A stretch of DNA of 64,000 nucleotides from Paraspadella gotoi (GCA_051294375.1 CM119263.1:16831777-16895776), one strand, 5' to 3'; shown: positions 10,236-25,273, numbered from the stretch's first letter. Numbers and translations: made by a program. Notes: generated from the letters alone by a model not told the origin.

Positions 10236-12420
10236 ATGCAGCAGCAACCGTTATCAAGATGTCGGGTGCTTTACCTGTCAAGTTCGGTGCCTACGGAAAC
10301 GACGCAGGGCATCGAATCTGTCCAGGAGCCACTCAGAGATGCCTACCCAGTGGAGGGGGACGAACCAGGCGATCTCCAGGTGAACCGCAGTCTTGTTGAA
10401 CGCCCATTTTCATCTTATTTCAAAATTTAAGAATTTAACCCCAACCTAGTAATCAATCACTTCGTTTTATTAGCATATATTAGTTAAATAAACATCAATC
10501 GTCAATCATACAATCTTTTTAGTAAATCATGCTTTGACAGAAAATAGATAGGTACTGATTTGTGAGACAAGACAAACCTTTTACCAAAAATTCTTTTTAT
10601 AATTCTCAAAATTTAATTTGGTGGACGCGAATATAAAACGCGAATCAATTTTGATCAGGGCATCGACGCGTGGCTCTCGGTCTTCCACGACTGCGTCCAA
10701 CTTCAGTTCATCCAGGATCCCGGCAAAGACAAGTTCTTCCCCATCAACACCCTCCACTACTGCTGCGCCGTCAGATACGCCCCTTACAATTCTGATGGGC
10801 TGAAGGTGTCTTTTTTAGATGCAATCGTATTTATCTTAAATGTTAAATTTATTTGAAATAATGATTTATTTAAAGCTATTATTTTTTGTTCAATTGTTCA
10901 AGCTTCTATTTTTTGTTTTGAAATCCGAAGACATCAATCCATTCTGTCAATTTTCTTTTTAATCATTTTACGTCCACAAATCAGGTGACCAATCCCGCGT
11001 TCGTCTATCTCGACAGCGCCGACGCCGTCTCCGAGCACAACCTCGCCCACCCACCCTGCTTCGCCGCCATCTTCCGTGAGACGTCGGGCAGAAAAGTTCT
11101 CAATTGTCACACCTTCGTCTGTAAGACGCCAAAGGCCGCCATGGCAGTCGTGCAGAGTTGCAGCCTCGCTTACAAAAATGCCAAGGTTAGGATTCTGTTT
11201 CTAGGAAAAAAATAATTCGTGAAGGTTTTATTTTTTAAATAGCCGAGAATGTAATAGTAAGTAGTACATATAGCGCTCTCACACAACTTTTAACATTTTT
11301 TTAAATTGAACTCTTTTATTCCTTGTGCTAATCAGCAATCATGACTTTTAAACGCCTTAACAATTTTTCTATTTAGTTTTAATTTCATTTTTTTAAAACA
11401 AAGTAGCTCCTATGTATTTTAATTTAACTCAACTTTTAACCAACCAGCAAATCCTCATCCACAATTGCTACGTATCTCAACCCTTGTCAGTTATCCCATT
11501 TTAGATCCTCGCAATTTCTCTTCCCAATCCCCCAGGCCCAGGAACCGCCCCCCGTCTACTACAACGACAGAGACATCAACCTTCCCGTGGCTCCGGTTCA
11601 ACGCGATTCGCGGCTCCAATCGCTCCCGCCTGCGTCTAAAGGTTCGCCCAAGGCGGATTCCGGCTATTCCGACAACAACAACAACACCCAAAACAGGGAT
11701 CGCGCCGAGGACGACCTCAGCAACGGCAGCAGCGTCGTCGACGGAGAAGTTGACTTGGCGATCCTTGGATCTTCGCCGCCGATCCCTTCGCTTAACGACA
11801 GCGTCTACGTCAACACCGCCAGCGCTAAACCCGTCAGATCCGCCCCTATATCCCTCGCGCCACAAGTTCCAGCGCCGGCCGTCAACGGAGACGACGATGA
11901 CAACGATGAGGACGACGAAGACGATGCAAACGTCAATTCCGTCAATTTACGCCTCCCCACCGTTAAAGACGACAAAGACGACAGTAATTATGGCGAATCC
12001 TATAGCCGTCGCGAGCCCTCCGCCGTCAATAAAGACGATAGTAATTACGTGAGCTCCGTCAATTTGCGCGTTCCCAAAGTCGTCAAAAAGGAGGAGAAAG
12101 TATCGCCAGTCAAATCGCGTGCGCCGGCTAACGACGACGACGAAGATGAAGACGACGCCAACGCCCCGCGTCGAAAACCAAAGTCGACGGAGAATCATTT
12201 GATCGCAACGACGTCAGTGGATTTGGAGGCGGAAGGGAGAGGGAGGGAGATGATGAGGTCGGTCTCGAGACCATCCCTCGCCAACGGCGTCGACGCGCGT
12301 GTCGTCGTCAGGAGAATTCACTCACCCTCGGGTAGGTGGACCCGGAGTTGTGAAATATTTTTTTTGAGTAAATTTCTCCGGCTGCAATTTAATATGCTTT
12401 TCAACTCTGAATTTACTTGT

Positions 12421-12451
<31 letters not shown>

Positions 12452-12455
12452 CTTT

Positions 12456-12514
<59 letters not shown>

Positions 12515-13415
12515 GCCACCCATTCGCGAATACATGGAGCCCCCACCCGACTACCTCGATTCTCGTCAACCGAACCACTGCATCGCCACGCCCTCGCGAT
12601 CGATGTCGCACTTGCTCGACGACGGGCGCTCCGAGATGTCGTACCGATCAGCGGCGCCGACCGCGTGGCGCGTGGTGTCGCCTCCGCCCGCCGTCCGCTA
12701 CGTGCCCGTTCGCGCTACGCCCGACGGTGCTCGAACGGTGCGCCTCGTCCGGGGCGCAGATCGCCTCACCTACGTTCAACCAGCGGCCGGCGTTGCCCCG
12801 CCCATGGATCGCCGATTCTCGCAGGCTTCGACCCGGAGTGCGGGTTACGTCTTGCGCCCCACTCCCGTTCCCTTGACGTACGCGCCGACGGTGGGAACGA
12901 CGAAATCCAAACAAAAGACCAAGAAGAAAAACGTAAAGGATTTGAAGAAAAACAAGAAGAATAAAAAGGAAAATGACGGCACCGTTTCGGGACGAACGAC
13001 GCCGGCGACGACGCCGCCGGCCACTCCGCGACTTATCCACCCCAGAATGGCGACGGCGGTACGTCAGGCCAACGGAATCGGCGGCGGACCTCCTGGCGGT
13101 GGAGCTGGCGCGCCGCCAGGACGCTATGTCGTACGGGCGGCGGGAGGAGGGGGCGGAATGGTGCCGGGCGGACGTTACGTTGTCCCCTCCGGTGACTTTC
13201 ATGAAGGATACTTGCGCCGCAAAGACGCAGAGGTCGCCGCTTGGATCGAGGATCTTAAAATCGGGGATAGGGAGGGCACCGTCCTGGTCAAGCCCGGCCC
13301 GTATGTTACGCCCGAGGGGACGTACGTGAGACGCGTGCAGCCGAATTACGCGACGGGGGTGAGGCGCGTCGTTCCCGTCTCCTCGAGAGGATATGCGCCG
13401 GATGTGTATTACTGA
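10236..13415 (+). CDS. N-terminal PTB/PID (PH-fold) domain protein with long acidic and Pro/Gly/Arg-rich tail (~730 aa)
   Basis: Exons 10236-10379, 10659-10805, 10985-11185, 11536-12335 and 12515-13415, all GT-AG and phase-consistent (2193 nt). Domain reads CRVLYLSSSVP..QGIESVQEPL..GIDAWLSVF..FFPINTLHYCCAVRY..HPPCFAAIFR..VLNCHTFVCK..AMAVVQSCSLAY, a PTB-like pattern resembling (from memory) an uncharacterised invertebrate PID family. Confidence 0.85.
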
Positions 13416-14729
13416 GGACGAGTGTAAGTTTGTAACGAAAGGACTAAGAATTTTCGTTTACAAAAACGGTAGAAACGATGCCGAACCATCGAAGAATTCC
13501 AGCACTAAAACTTGGATTTCGATTTTACAAAGATTGTTGAAATTGTTGAGATATAATACAAAATTTGTTTTTTTTTCTGCTCTTTATCAAGTTTATGTTG
13601 ATAGTTATATATACTAAACGTATTCCTCTTTGGAATGGCCCAAAAAAAATTTATTGATTGGTTTTACCAAGATTTTTCAACTCTTTCTTTTTTCACCCGC
13701 TAAGGTTTATGGGTGATTTAAAGTTTGTTATTATTTTTAGTCACGCCTTCTTAAAGATTTTATATCGCTTTTGTGTAGAAATGGGACGATCATTACGTAT
13801 TATATTACTCTGGCTCATTATATTATATTGTTGTTGACACCGAACACATATTTTTATTAGAAATAAAAACTTGTGATAACGCAAAAAATTTATAAATGTT
13901 GAAAAACTAGAGAGGGAATTTAAATAGTTTTCGATCAGTAAAACTGAATTAAAACAAGGCTCCATGAATGTGAAAGGATACGCGTGGTGAATGGCCCGAA
14001 AAGCTCGTTACTAAGTATTATCTACTATCTAGTAGTTCCTTGTCGAGTTCAATTTGATCTAAGCCAATTTATTTTGATCTGGTTCGAAACCGGTTTCAAC
14101 AATGACGTCATTTAGTCAGAAAAGACCGTGCGAATTTTTTTTTTTCTCAGATCATGCGTTTCGTCAGTTTTACTTGAAAAAATATCAACTGAAAATTCAA
14201 GAATTACTTTCGATATCCCGCTAATAATGGAACTGTATTGGCGTAAAGAAAAGTAATTTAGACGAAACATCTCGAATTGGTCGATATTAATCTGTGTCGT
14301 TATTTAACTTTGTAAATAAAAAAAAAACAAACATTTTTTCATGACTTCGATATTCATCGTGCTATCTTTTTTATAATTTTATATTTTCAATTTCCCGGTT
14401 TTCTACCCTCGGCATATTTTCCCTCCCTTTATCGGTCCTCCCTTACACCTCCTCCTCATCAGCTTTCCCTTACTCAATTACATTTTCTATTTTTATCTTT
14501 TCTCCGGCGACGCTATTGATTCCACGTGCCCGCCAACGCCTTCCCGGTCTTTCGCTCTCTGTCTCCTTCTCTCGCTCTCTGGCGTTCTCTCAACGCGTTC
14601 CCGGAGCGCGCGCGTGAGAGAGAGAGAAGAGAAAGAGAGAGAGAGAGACGCTGACGTATGTGTGTTGCGTGTTTTGCGCGTGCCGTGAGGCGGCGGCGCG
14701 AGAGAAAGTGGCGCGGACAAGGTGCCTGG

Positions 14730-14780
<51 letters not shown>

Positions 14781-17700
14781 CTCTCAGACGGCCTTCATAG
14801 GCTGGAAAGAAAGATTGAGGAGAGTGATTGGCTGAAAGAGAGACCACTAGAGGTTAAAGAGGTGGAGCTGAGAGAGAGAGAGAGAGAGAGAGAGAGTGAG
14901 AAACCCGGGCGTTTTAAACCTGGTGCAGTGAAAGGAGGACGAGAGTGTAGGTTGAGAAGTGGACAAAAGCATCGAGTTGGATAATGGAATAGGAGAGAGA
15001 TAATGACCCGGGGATAAAAGAAAAAAATTAAAAAGAAAAATTTTAAAACAATTTCCATTTCTTTTTCCATAAGTCGTTAAGTTTATTGTCTTCAGTGTGT
15101 CGTGAGAAAACTTTTTTTTTCTTCCAGCTTACTCGGCTAAGAGTGACGATAAAAAAAGGAAGAGGAAAAAAATGTTATTGCGGTTGTAAGAACCATCTGT
15201 CTCGAGCTAATCACATCCGGTTCTAAACTCGCCCGAGTTCTACCATCTGCCTCTACCGCGCCCATCCAGTACTAGAAAGACCTCCCGTAGCGAAATCCCC
15301 GATGCGGGGGGGGGGAGTAAGATGAAGATTCCCTATTCTGAAAAATTCCATCTTTTCTTCCAACAAAAGATTCCAGAAATCGTGTGATTGACTCTCGATC
15401 TCCATGGACGAATCTCTGCATATATATAAAGTCGACACCGTCGTTGGGCGGGTCAGTAAACGGGAGAACAATTATGAAGCCAATTCGTCCGACGCGCGGC
15501 GGCTTACGGGATAAAGTCTATGACTGAGCGAGGGAAGTCAGAGAATGGGGACGACTCGGAAGCTAATGATGTTGAGGGGAGAATCGGGGAGAGAGAAACG
15601 ATGTGACCGATCGGAGAATCGGAATAGAGTGAGACGGAGATAGAGATGATGATGAAACGAAGACGAGGATGAAAGGTGGACATAATTTGAGAAGAATCGA
15701 GGAAAGAGATGAAACAAATTTGAGATTGAAGAAGAACGAAAATGAAAAGCAGAATCGGGTGACAGGGATGGAGAATTTAAAAGCGATGATGGAAAATAGT
15801 TGATGATGATGAGTTCAGAGTCAAAATAGAAAGAACTGGAGGGAGTTGAACGAAAGACCTCAGACCGTGGGAGGACAGAGTATAAAAATGAAGTGGAAAA
15901 TAAAAGAGATGATATTAATGACAAAGAAGGTAGGAGAGGAAAATGAAGATAACAAAAGAGGAATGGGGGAAAGGATTGGAAATGAAAAAAAGGAGAACGT
16001 TGAAAGGAAAAGAGTGGGAAAATAAAAAAAAGGGAAAAAAGGAAAGAAGGAAAAACGAGAGAAAAGAAAAGAAAGGAAAAAAAAAAGAAAAGAAAAAAAA
16101 AAGAATAAAAAAAAAGATAGGAAAATAAAAACAAAGAAGGAATAAAAATTAAAAAAAGAAAAAAAAAAAAAAAAAAAAAACGAGGTTTGGTCCCAGGAAA
16201 CAAAGAAGATGGAATGAGAAGAAAAGAAGCTATTTAAGGAAGAAAAGGAAGAAAAGAAAAACGGAGACGAGGTAAGGAGAAAGAGAAAGCAGTTTCTGGT
16301 TTCTACTCATTCTTCGTCGTCGACGTCACCAGTCTGGTTCGTCGTCGTCGTCGTTGTCGTCGTCGTCGTCGTCTCCAGTTCTCGCCAACCTTCTCCATCC
16401 TTCTCTCGGCACGTGACGCGTCGTGACGTTGCGCTCGGCGATTCTCCGGCGCGCGTGCGTCACATCGTGCGCGGGCGTCACCTCGTGCGTGCGCGTCACG
16501 AAATGACGACGTAACGCGCGCTAACGCCCCAGCCGTCCGAGTCGACGCGGCCTCTTTTTTTTTTTTCTCGATTCTGTACACGCGCGTCGCTTTTTCGATG
16601 GAAACGTTAATGACGACGCCCACACCTGAAACGAAGGACCGCGCCATCGACGCCGGTGGGAAGAGCAAAAAAAAAAAAAAGAAGGAAAAAAAAAAGAAGA
16701 AAACAACATCCAACGAGCGAAAGATATTTCGTCATCACGAAAATAAGCTTGACGTAAGCGATGACGACGACGAATAGTTAAACGTGCATAGAAACTCTGG
16801 GCGCGCGTGTTACGGCTCGCTTATCTCAAGGCACGCACGACAATTGGCCGCGTTTTTTCCCCCTCTCTCTCGTTCTCCCGATTTAAACAAACAAAAAAAA
16901 AATAAAGAAAAAAAAATCGATCCAACGAATCGCCGCATCGTCCGAAATTTTTATTCTTCTTCCTATTTTTTCTTTCCTTTTTTTTTTATTGTTCTATCTC
17001 TCTTTTTTTTTATGCCTACTTTTATTCGTTGCTTTAAAATTCTTTTGTTTCTTTCTTACGATAATATCGACTTTTTGAGTTTATATAGCTTTTTTTTTAT
17101 CGCGTTATTTTGCACGAAATCCACTTTTAAATTTGTTTAAAATGGCTTTCGGTAGGCTGCTGATACCGGGTCGGAATATCGATCAAAACTGCGATAACTG
17201 TTGAGCATATAAAATACTTATTTAATTCCGCGGTTTGCCGTTATTGTATCTATCTTTCTAGTTTCTATCGATCCCTTTACATGGAATCCATCCATTTCTC
17301 TTTTTTTTTTGTTTAGATGAAGTCCAACGAAGAGATATCCGGCGTGTATTGTGTACATAGCGAATCTCAATCCAATATTTCATGTAAGATCTTTGGCACG
17401 AATGATTGCGCACATTCGTGCACCGACGCTACTGAGTCCGCGCGCTTCTCTGACCGAGGGTTAATTTAGTTCTCGAAAGAAAAATCAATAAAAGGGCGAT
17501 TTGGAGAGACTCTTGATGTGATTTATTACTTAACGAATTTTTTTTATATTATCTCGTCGTGAACATTAAACAAAATGGCGGAAAAATCAAATAAAGAATT
17601 GAATTAGATCGTGACAAACGGGAAGATTGTAATTCGTATCACATTCGTATTCGCATTCAAACTTTTTTCTTAATCTTAGCAAAAATGACTGGGGATTTTA

Positions 17701-18908
17701 AGTTTAAAGACCAACTTTAAATAGGCAAAAAAAAACAAAAAAATACTTCAGTTATAATTCACTTGCCATCTCCCCCATGAGGATAAGACCGTGAGCCCCA
17801 ATCAGCGATTGGCATTCACTGCCGAGATCACCGTCACCAAGAATGGGTGGGGACTCACCTGCTCTTCGTGCGAGTGAGAGAGGAGACGAAATTGATTTCT
17901 CAACAATTGAATTACTGATCCGAGCGAAGGAACACGCGAGGAACCCGTAAAAAATTCCGGAGCAAAACTTCCGTTTCCTGGCCACACGCGGGGGGGGGGG
18001 GAACTCCTTTTTAACGGGGGCTTCTGAGGGAAATAAAAATAAATCGGAGGGGTTATACATTGTCTCAGAGATTGTGGCCAAGCAATATAACATTTTCGAA
18101 ATTTCACATTGTTTTAGTATATTTGGTTGTTTCAGAAGGATTTCAAATGTGAGTGAAATGACAGTGATTTTTTTTGTTTATTCATTTCAATAGTTGGTAA
18201 ATTCCTTGACGTTTATGTTCCTCTATAGAAAATTGATAAGACTTTACAAATCTAACTACTGGTGCGCTTGCCTTCTAGCATCTTTTTGACATTTTACCTC
18301 TCTCATTTGATAAAATGAGAAAAAAAAAAAAAACTCATTGTAACTCATTTTAAACTCATTGTAAAAAGAAATTGAGACCAATATTTTAGTTTCTTTACTT
18401 TCATTAGTATGCAAAACAATTTTATTAATATATTTCAAGGTTTAATTAGGCAACAGGCTCTTGTCATATTCATGATCTTTTTTAATTTCTTTTCAAACTA
18501 AAATTTTCCAATGTCTATTGTCTATATCTGTAAGATGAACCAAATTTTTTTAACATTTTCTTTTTTTTCATAAATATACATCTTATAACAGTATGGTCAA
18601 ATTCAAATGCAAAAATTCGACCATACCTTTGATTAGCACATATCTAAAAATGTAAGCACGTTGGACTACCGGGAGTTGAAAAATAAAATCGTAAATTTGT
18701 TACTTGGGTGAAAAATCGGAAGTTGCTATAACAAATAATATAGCCAGAGTAATTGAACTTTTCATTTCAATTTAATTTGAAATCCGTGTATTCAAAGGTT
18801 ATTGATTGAAATCAGAAAAAAATGTTTTGTTGCATCCCTATAATGTGCTTAAAACCAGAATGAAACTGATTATCGTTTTATTAATAATGTTATTCTGCAT
18901 TCTTTATA

Positions 18909-19070
18909 CCTTCCTTTCCTTCCTTTCCTTCCTTTCCTTCCTTTCCTTCCTTTCCTTCCTTTCCTTCCTTTCCTTTCCTTCCCTTCGTTTCCTTCCTTTC
19001 TTTCCTTACCTTCCCTTCCCTTCCGTCCTTTCCCTTCCTTTCCTTTCCTTCCCTTCCATTCCTTCCCTTT
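18909..19070. repeat. (CCTTTCCTT)n 9-bp tandem repeat decaying into a polypyrimidine tract
   Basis: Period-9 repeat read directly (SFL-repeat ORF in the track). Confidence 0.9.
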
Positions 19071-21450
19071 CTATCTACTTTTCTCGGTCATTAACAGAAT
19101 CCCCTCCAAGCACAAAATAATTCTCTCGTCGTAGTTTGCACATTTTTTTTCTCTCTCTCTCTCTTTCGACTGCGCGACTTGCCTTCCTCAGGCTTCCTTC
19201 TTCCGATCGTCTTTTGTTTCCTTCTATTCCCTTCGCTCTTATCTCACCAACGACTCCTCGCGGATTTTCTCTTCGCCGTTCCGTCATCGTCGCTGGGAAA
19301 TTCCGTTTTCCCCCCCCCCAGAGCTGCGACCAGTGATCATCGCTTCCAGTTGTCACTCTTGATCACCCACCGTGGATCGGAATCACCGACCGGATATCAG
19401 CCGAGTCTCTCGAGGGTGAGAAGTGACCCTCGTCTTTCGGCTTTAACGGTTTTGCGGTCATTGTTAATCTGAGGGGAAAAAACACGATGGGTTCATGACC
19501 ATCATAACTTCGGCGCTTGAATTATAATTATAATCGAGTTTAACAATAACTCTCATGTTTATTATTTCGTATAATTAACGATTATGTACTTACCTATAAT
19601 CAAGGACTTCAAGATTCAGATTCCGTTTCCGATCAGCGATGTTAATCCAATCCACTTGTCCAAACACATTCTTCAAACAATGTTCGTGTCGCCCTCTTCA
19701 AGAGCGTAAAACAAACAAAAGGAGAACGAGGGGCCGACGTTTTAAAAACTCCAAACCTCTCGCTCTCTCGTCGACCGCGTGGCGAGAAGAATAATTTCTC
19801 GCCCCGGGTTTGATGAAAGAGCTCAGGCTCTGACGATTAATCCCCGAGTCGGTCTTCATCGCAGCGAGAAATTCAGATAAATAGCGAGATGCGTCCGGCT
19901 TTGCTTCGCTCCGTCGAATGGATCCCCTTGACGGTTAGACGCCAATGCTCTTGGCGTCCATCTCCCCTTGACAAGAAAGTTCCGTTACCAACCAACGCGT
20001 CTCATTTTCAAACCGGACCAAATTAATTTTTATAATAAAAATGTCACAGAGAAAATTTTCAGCCCCTGGATTCGGATGATTGTGGCCTTTGGCACTACGT
20101 CTTTGACGATTTCATTTCTCAAACCTCCGCCACAAGCAATTCCCAGCTCTCTCCAAGCAATTTCCATAGGCCGCCAATCAATTTTCTACCCACACAAAGA
20201 AACTCCAGTTTCCCTCTCGTCGCTCGAGCGAACTCGTCTCTTGGAATACAATCCTTCCTGCCTTTCTGTGATTTATTATTTATTGTTCACATATTGTTTA
20301 TTATTTATTTATCATCCTTATTTCCTTTCACGACACACACAAGACGTCAGCCGAGAAAGGGAGGTCGGAGCCAGTGAGACCTGTAAAGGTACTAAAATCG
20401 ATGAGGCCTCGGCTGTGGTGACCGCGCCGTGAGATTCTTTTGCGATTCACCGAGATTGCTGTGATTGTTGTCCGGGCAACAACGACGCTCTTGAGCAGCT
20501 CCTCCGCTTGATTGAGTGTCGCAGTCTGACAAGCTTTGTCAAAACGAAGGCGGGCGGAGAAAAAGAAAAAGAAGAGGAAACAATTCCCCAACATTTGTAA
20601 TTCAATTGCTTTTTTTTTTTTTTTTTCAAAATTTTTGCATATTGCTTTGGGCGCGAGGGAAATAAGCAATATCCTCGCAGTAGAGCTCGGTGACTTGGAG
20701 AAAAACAAAGTTGAAATATATGAAATTGGTACAACCAATATAAAATATATATATATATATAACTTTCAAACTTTCTCTTAAAAGCCGCAATTATCTTAAC
20801 AAAATAAATTCCCAAAGAGCGTGTGGCCCCGGAAGAAAACTTGGCCTAACGAGCTTTTCAAAGTAACAACCTCTTGACAAGGATAAAAGCTCAAGAGTTG
20901 ACGTCGCGAAAACGAGCTTCGTGAAGTCAACACCGAGAAAAGAAGCGTCTTTTAACGGTGGAGGCGGTGGTGGTCGGCTTTGACGAAGCTGACGAGAGAA
21001 AAGCTTGTTAATCTCGTACGAGTTGACGAGTGAATGGAAAGTAAATGGGGGGAAAAATATAAAATAAGTCACTTTTGCCTCATATAGGGCGACGCTCTTT
21101 CTCCTTACTTACTGCGAATTGTTGTGTTTGAAGATAACATCTCGTTCGTATTTTTTGATTATAAGCCGGGAGCGATACGGAAAGATATCGAACGATATAG
21201 AAATCTAAATTAAAAATTTTATAGGATTATTCTTCGATATTAAAATCCGGTTTGAATATCCGGTTTAATTTTCTCGGAAACGTCGTCGTCAAATGGTTTC
21301 TATAGTGATTTTTTTTTTTGGAAAAGACATCACCAAAGCGGCGACTCATAACGAAATTGTCGGCTTGTTCACAGAAATAATTTATTTTGCCATAAGATGG
21401 GAGGCTGTGAGAGACCAAAAGCATCTGACAAAAATGTTGGAGACAGAGAT

Positions 21451-21497
<47 letters not shown>

Positions 21498-22869
21498 ATA
21501 AGAGAGACCATTTCCAAAAAAAATGTTCTAGACGGATAAGAAACATCGGAACTCAAGAAGAGATGACAACAGCAAAAGAGTTGTCTTTCTGTTTCGACTT
21601 TCGAAGCCTTGAGTAAGTTATCTTTATTAGTTGTCAGGGTTCGTTCTCCCTATTGTCACATGAGGTGTAATGATTGATAATAATTGTTAATGTAAAAGTG
21701 AGAAGTAGAAAATTACATATGCTTTTAACGTCAAATCTCAAAGTCCCGCATTGTGTTTGTATTTATTTTCGTGACTACGTAATAATCACTAAACGCCAAT
21801 TATTTTTAATCATCGGAATTAAATGAAATATTTAAATTAAATTAATACAAAATATTAAAAAATAAAAAATCTTGGTTGACACGAAATTTTTGTTCAAAAA
21901 CTCAAAAAATAAAAGAAAATTGGTTGTCTTGAGAATCGAGAAGCGACGCGCCTTTCATCCTCCATCTTTTTTTTTTTCTCCTTCAAATGAAATTCTCGAT
22001 TTTCGCCTTCGGCCATGGATTCCTTTTTTTTTCGCCACCAAAGAATTTCGCTGAAGCGACAACTTCCCTGAAATCTCGGCGAAGGGGTTGGGAGGCGGGG
22101 GTTAGGGGGTTGAAGGGTAAGGAGGATGCGATGGTGACTGCAAAGCGGATGCGGTCGTGGGTGCATGGAGGTTGTGGTCTTTGCGGAAGATTTCTTCGCC
22201 CATTGATCGAGTCATAGCGGATGATCGGTTTTGCGGTTGATGTGGTATGCGAAAATTTAAATATCTTATGTATGCTAGTTTTTTTTAAAGATAAAAAGAG
22301 ATATTTAAAAAAGAGATACATATTTTACGTCTCATGTCCAACCTTAGATATAATAAAAACAAAATAAAAAATGTTGTCAAACAATCGATGACGATGAGAG
22401 AAAAAAAAAAGAAACGATTAAAAAAGAAAAGGGAAGAAAAGAGAAACAAAACGAAGTGATAAAGAAAATATGAAGAGTTGATGAGAAGGAAAGGAAGAAT
22501 CATTTAAGGAAAGAAATAAATTGGAAGAGGAAATAGGGAAAAGGAGAGAGAGGAGAAACGCGAGAAGAAAGAAGAATGAAGAAAAAATGTCGAAGAAGAA
22601 AGAAATAAAAAAAAAGAAAGGAAAAGAGAAAGAAGAAACAAAAATGGCGGAAAGAAAGATGGGTTCGGAATCTCGAGAGGCGTTCGGAGCGAAAGGACTG
22701 TTTAGCTTAGTCGAACCGACACAACAAAAGCCGACAAACGACGGACCTCGTCGGCTGCTCCATCAACGGAACCCATAAGAGACTCTTTTCATCCATCACT
22801 TCGCTCTTTCATTCGTTCCTTTGTTCGGTACTTTGTTCAATCGATCATTCGATCATTCATTAATTTATC

Positions 22870-22940
22870 CATTCATTCATTCATTCATTCATTCATTCAT
22901 TCATTCATTCATTCATTCATTCATTCATTCATTCATTCAT
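22870..22940. repeat. (TTCA)n tetranucleotide microsatellite
   Basis: Read directly. Confidence 0.95.
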
Positions 22941-24132
22941 ATACTTCTTCATATTTTTTTAAATTTATTTTACTTATTTTTCCCTGTTTATTTTATTCAT
23001 TCATTATTTTTTCAAGAAACCCTATGTATGTACATTGTACATTGTACATATGTTTCAAGATATTGATTCGAATTCTTTTTTTCTGTCAATTGACTGAAAC
23101 GTCACTCTCCCGCAAAAAAAAAAGTACAAAAAAAAAGAGCATGAGTCTTAGAAGTCGAACGACTATAAAAACAGATGTTTATACGATAAGATGCCGCATA
23201 AATGCCGCGCCCAATTCAAGCGGATGCCGCGTCAATGCCGAGCCAATGCCGCTTAGATGCTAAGAGGACGCCATCTTGCATAGGAATGACGTTCGAACGC
23301 CTTCTTTTTTATAAGTTTTTTTTTCTCGCGGGGCGACACTCACTCGTAAAAGTAGGGGAGGAAAAAAAATAGAAAAAAAGAAAAGGAAAGCCTTTCCTCT
23401 ACACTTTGGTGGCTCAGGGTTGCCGCGACCTCAAAAACTGTGGGTTCGGTGGGGAATTCAATGGTCGATTTTATCCAAAGGAAATAAATGACAAAAGTAT
23501 TTTGTTTTTATTGTTATTTTGTTCCTGTGGGAGAAGTAGACGAGCAGGTCAAGACATATTTACCATACAATATAATAATAATGGGTTATTCAATTTTAGC
23601 CATTAAGTATTTTCTGTTGTATTTTAGCTAGAGAAAAACATTTTTTTCGTAAAACCGCCCAGCCCGTCATGGCGTCCCCGCCAATCCAAACAACGTTTTA
23701 AAATGACCTAGTTTGCAGCCACGCAAACGTGATTTTTCAAAATGGTCCGATATTTGGAGCTGGGAAGTGGCTTTTTTTTTAAAACGATCTCGACAAGCGA
23801 AGAAAAAAAAAATCATTTTCTCTTCTCTAAAAGTGGGAGAGAAAAAAAAATCTGTTCTCTCTTTTCTTCCAGTTTTTGGGTTTTCTTTTCCTTTACGATT
23901 GCTTTCCTCCCCTCCTTTTTCTCCTCCTCTTTCGCCTCCTCCTCATCATCCTCTTCCTCTTCCTCCCACTCCTCCTCTGCCTCCGAATTCTGGTTTCTTT
24001 TCATGCATCTTTCGTGTGGGCCTACGAAGGCTGCCTGGCTTTAACAGTCCCAACGCCTCCGTCTGTCCTTTTACTGGAAAACACAATTTGTTTTTTTTTT
24101 CTCTCCTCATTCTCTATTTTCTTTCTTTCTTT

Positions 24133-24234
<102 letters not shown>

Positions 24235-25173
24235 CCTCCATTTAAAATATGTTTTTACGACGCGTTATTCTTTGGCGTTGAGTTTGACAAAGCGACGTCT
24301 CCCCACAAAAGCTTCATCGAATTTTTGGGGTCCTCCAGACTTTGTCTTCCGTTTTGCATACTATTCTTTTTATACAAAATAGATTTTATTAGAAATTATT
24401 TATTACGGTGTAAAAAAGTTTAAAATATATTTCAAGTTCTGACAACCATAAGTTTTTTAAGCCAAGATTCTCGAACTAAAAAAAAATGCACACCAAATAT
24501 ATATATATATGCAAATAAGACGTACTTTCTGTAACGTTATAAACGATCACTATAATTCAAACGATAACGTTCAATAAAATAACAGTTTCTAAAAAATGTA
24601 GCCGAGACGAATATCTACGTAGTCCCGACCTTGGCGCTACTTTATCGTCCTTGTCGGCCATTCAGCTCATTCCATCGATATTGTCGGCCAATGGTCTTAA
24701 TTACTTCGCCCAGGATTCTCCGCTCTATTTCTTTCCTTCAATGACTTCTAACGATTATATAATTGGCCGCGTTTCCGCTCCCCCGATCGCCCAAGCGGCC
24801 ATTTTGGTAGTCGTTTTAATCTGGAACAATTTTTTTTGAAATAAAAAAAAAAATTGTATTTAAACAATTATTCATTTAATTCATTTTTTACCAAGAAAAT
24901 AATTGTTTTTTAAAATCGAGGTTAACCAATTTTTTTGAAAGTCTTCTTTCAACTTCCCAACGGCCCGGATCACTACCAAAATTTTTACGATACAGTTATT
25001 TCCTTCCATGAGCCTTTCTGCCTCTCGTAAAACATCATCATCAGCCGGGGTCAAATTTTCATGGACGTCTGACATCTGCCGGCCAGAAGAGGAGGCAAGA
25101 GAATCCGACGCCAAAATGAAGTCAAGAAGAAAAGAATTTTGTTGTTTCGGTTTTGGAAGAAAAAGAAGAAGAA

Positions 25174-25209
<36 letters not shown>

Positions 25210-25273
25210 TGAGAAGACGAAGGTGAAAGTCGACAGTTGACGTTACCTGAAAACGTGACGCCGCATTCGATAT

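Noticed and set aside
23190-23290. Five spaced ATGCCG motifs, superficially array-like
   Set aside because: Repeats are only 6-7 bp with irregular short spacers; a decayed minisatellite, not CRISPR-like, in a eukaryotic context.
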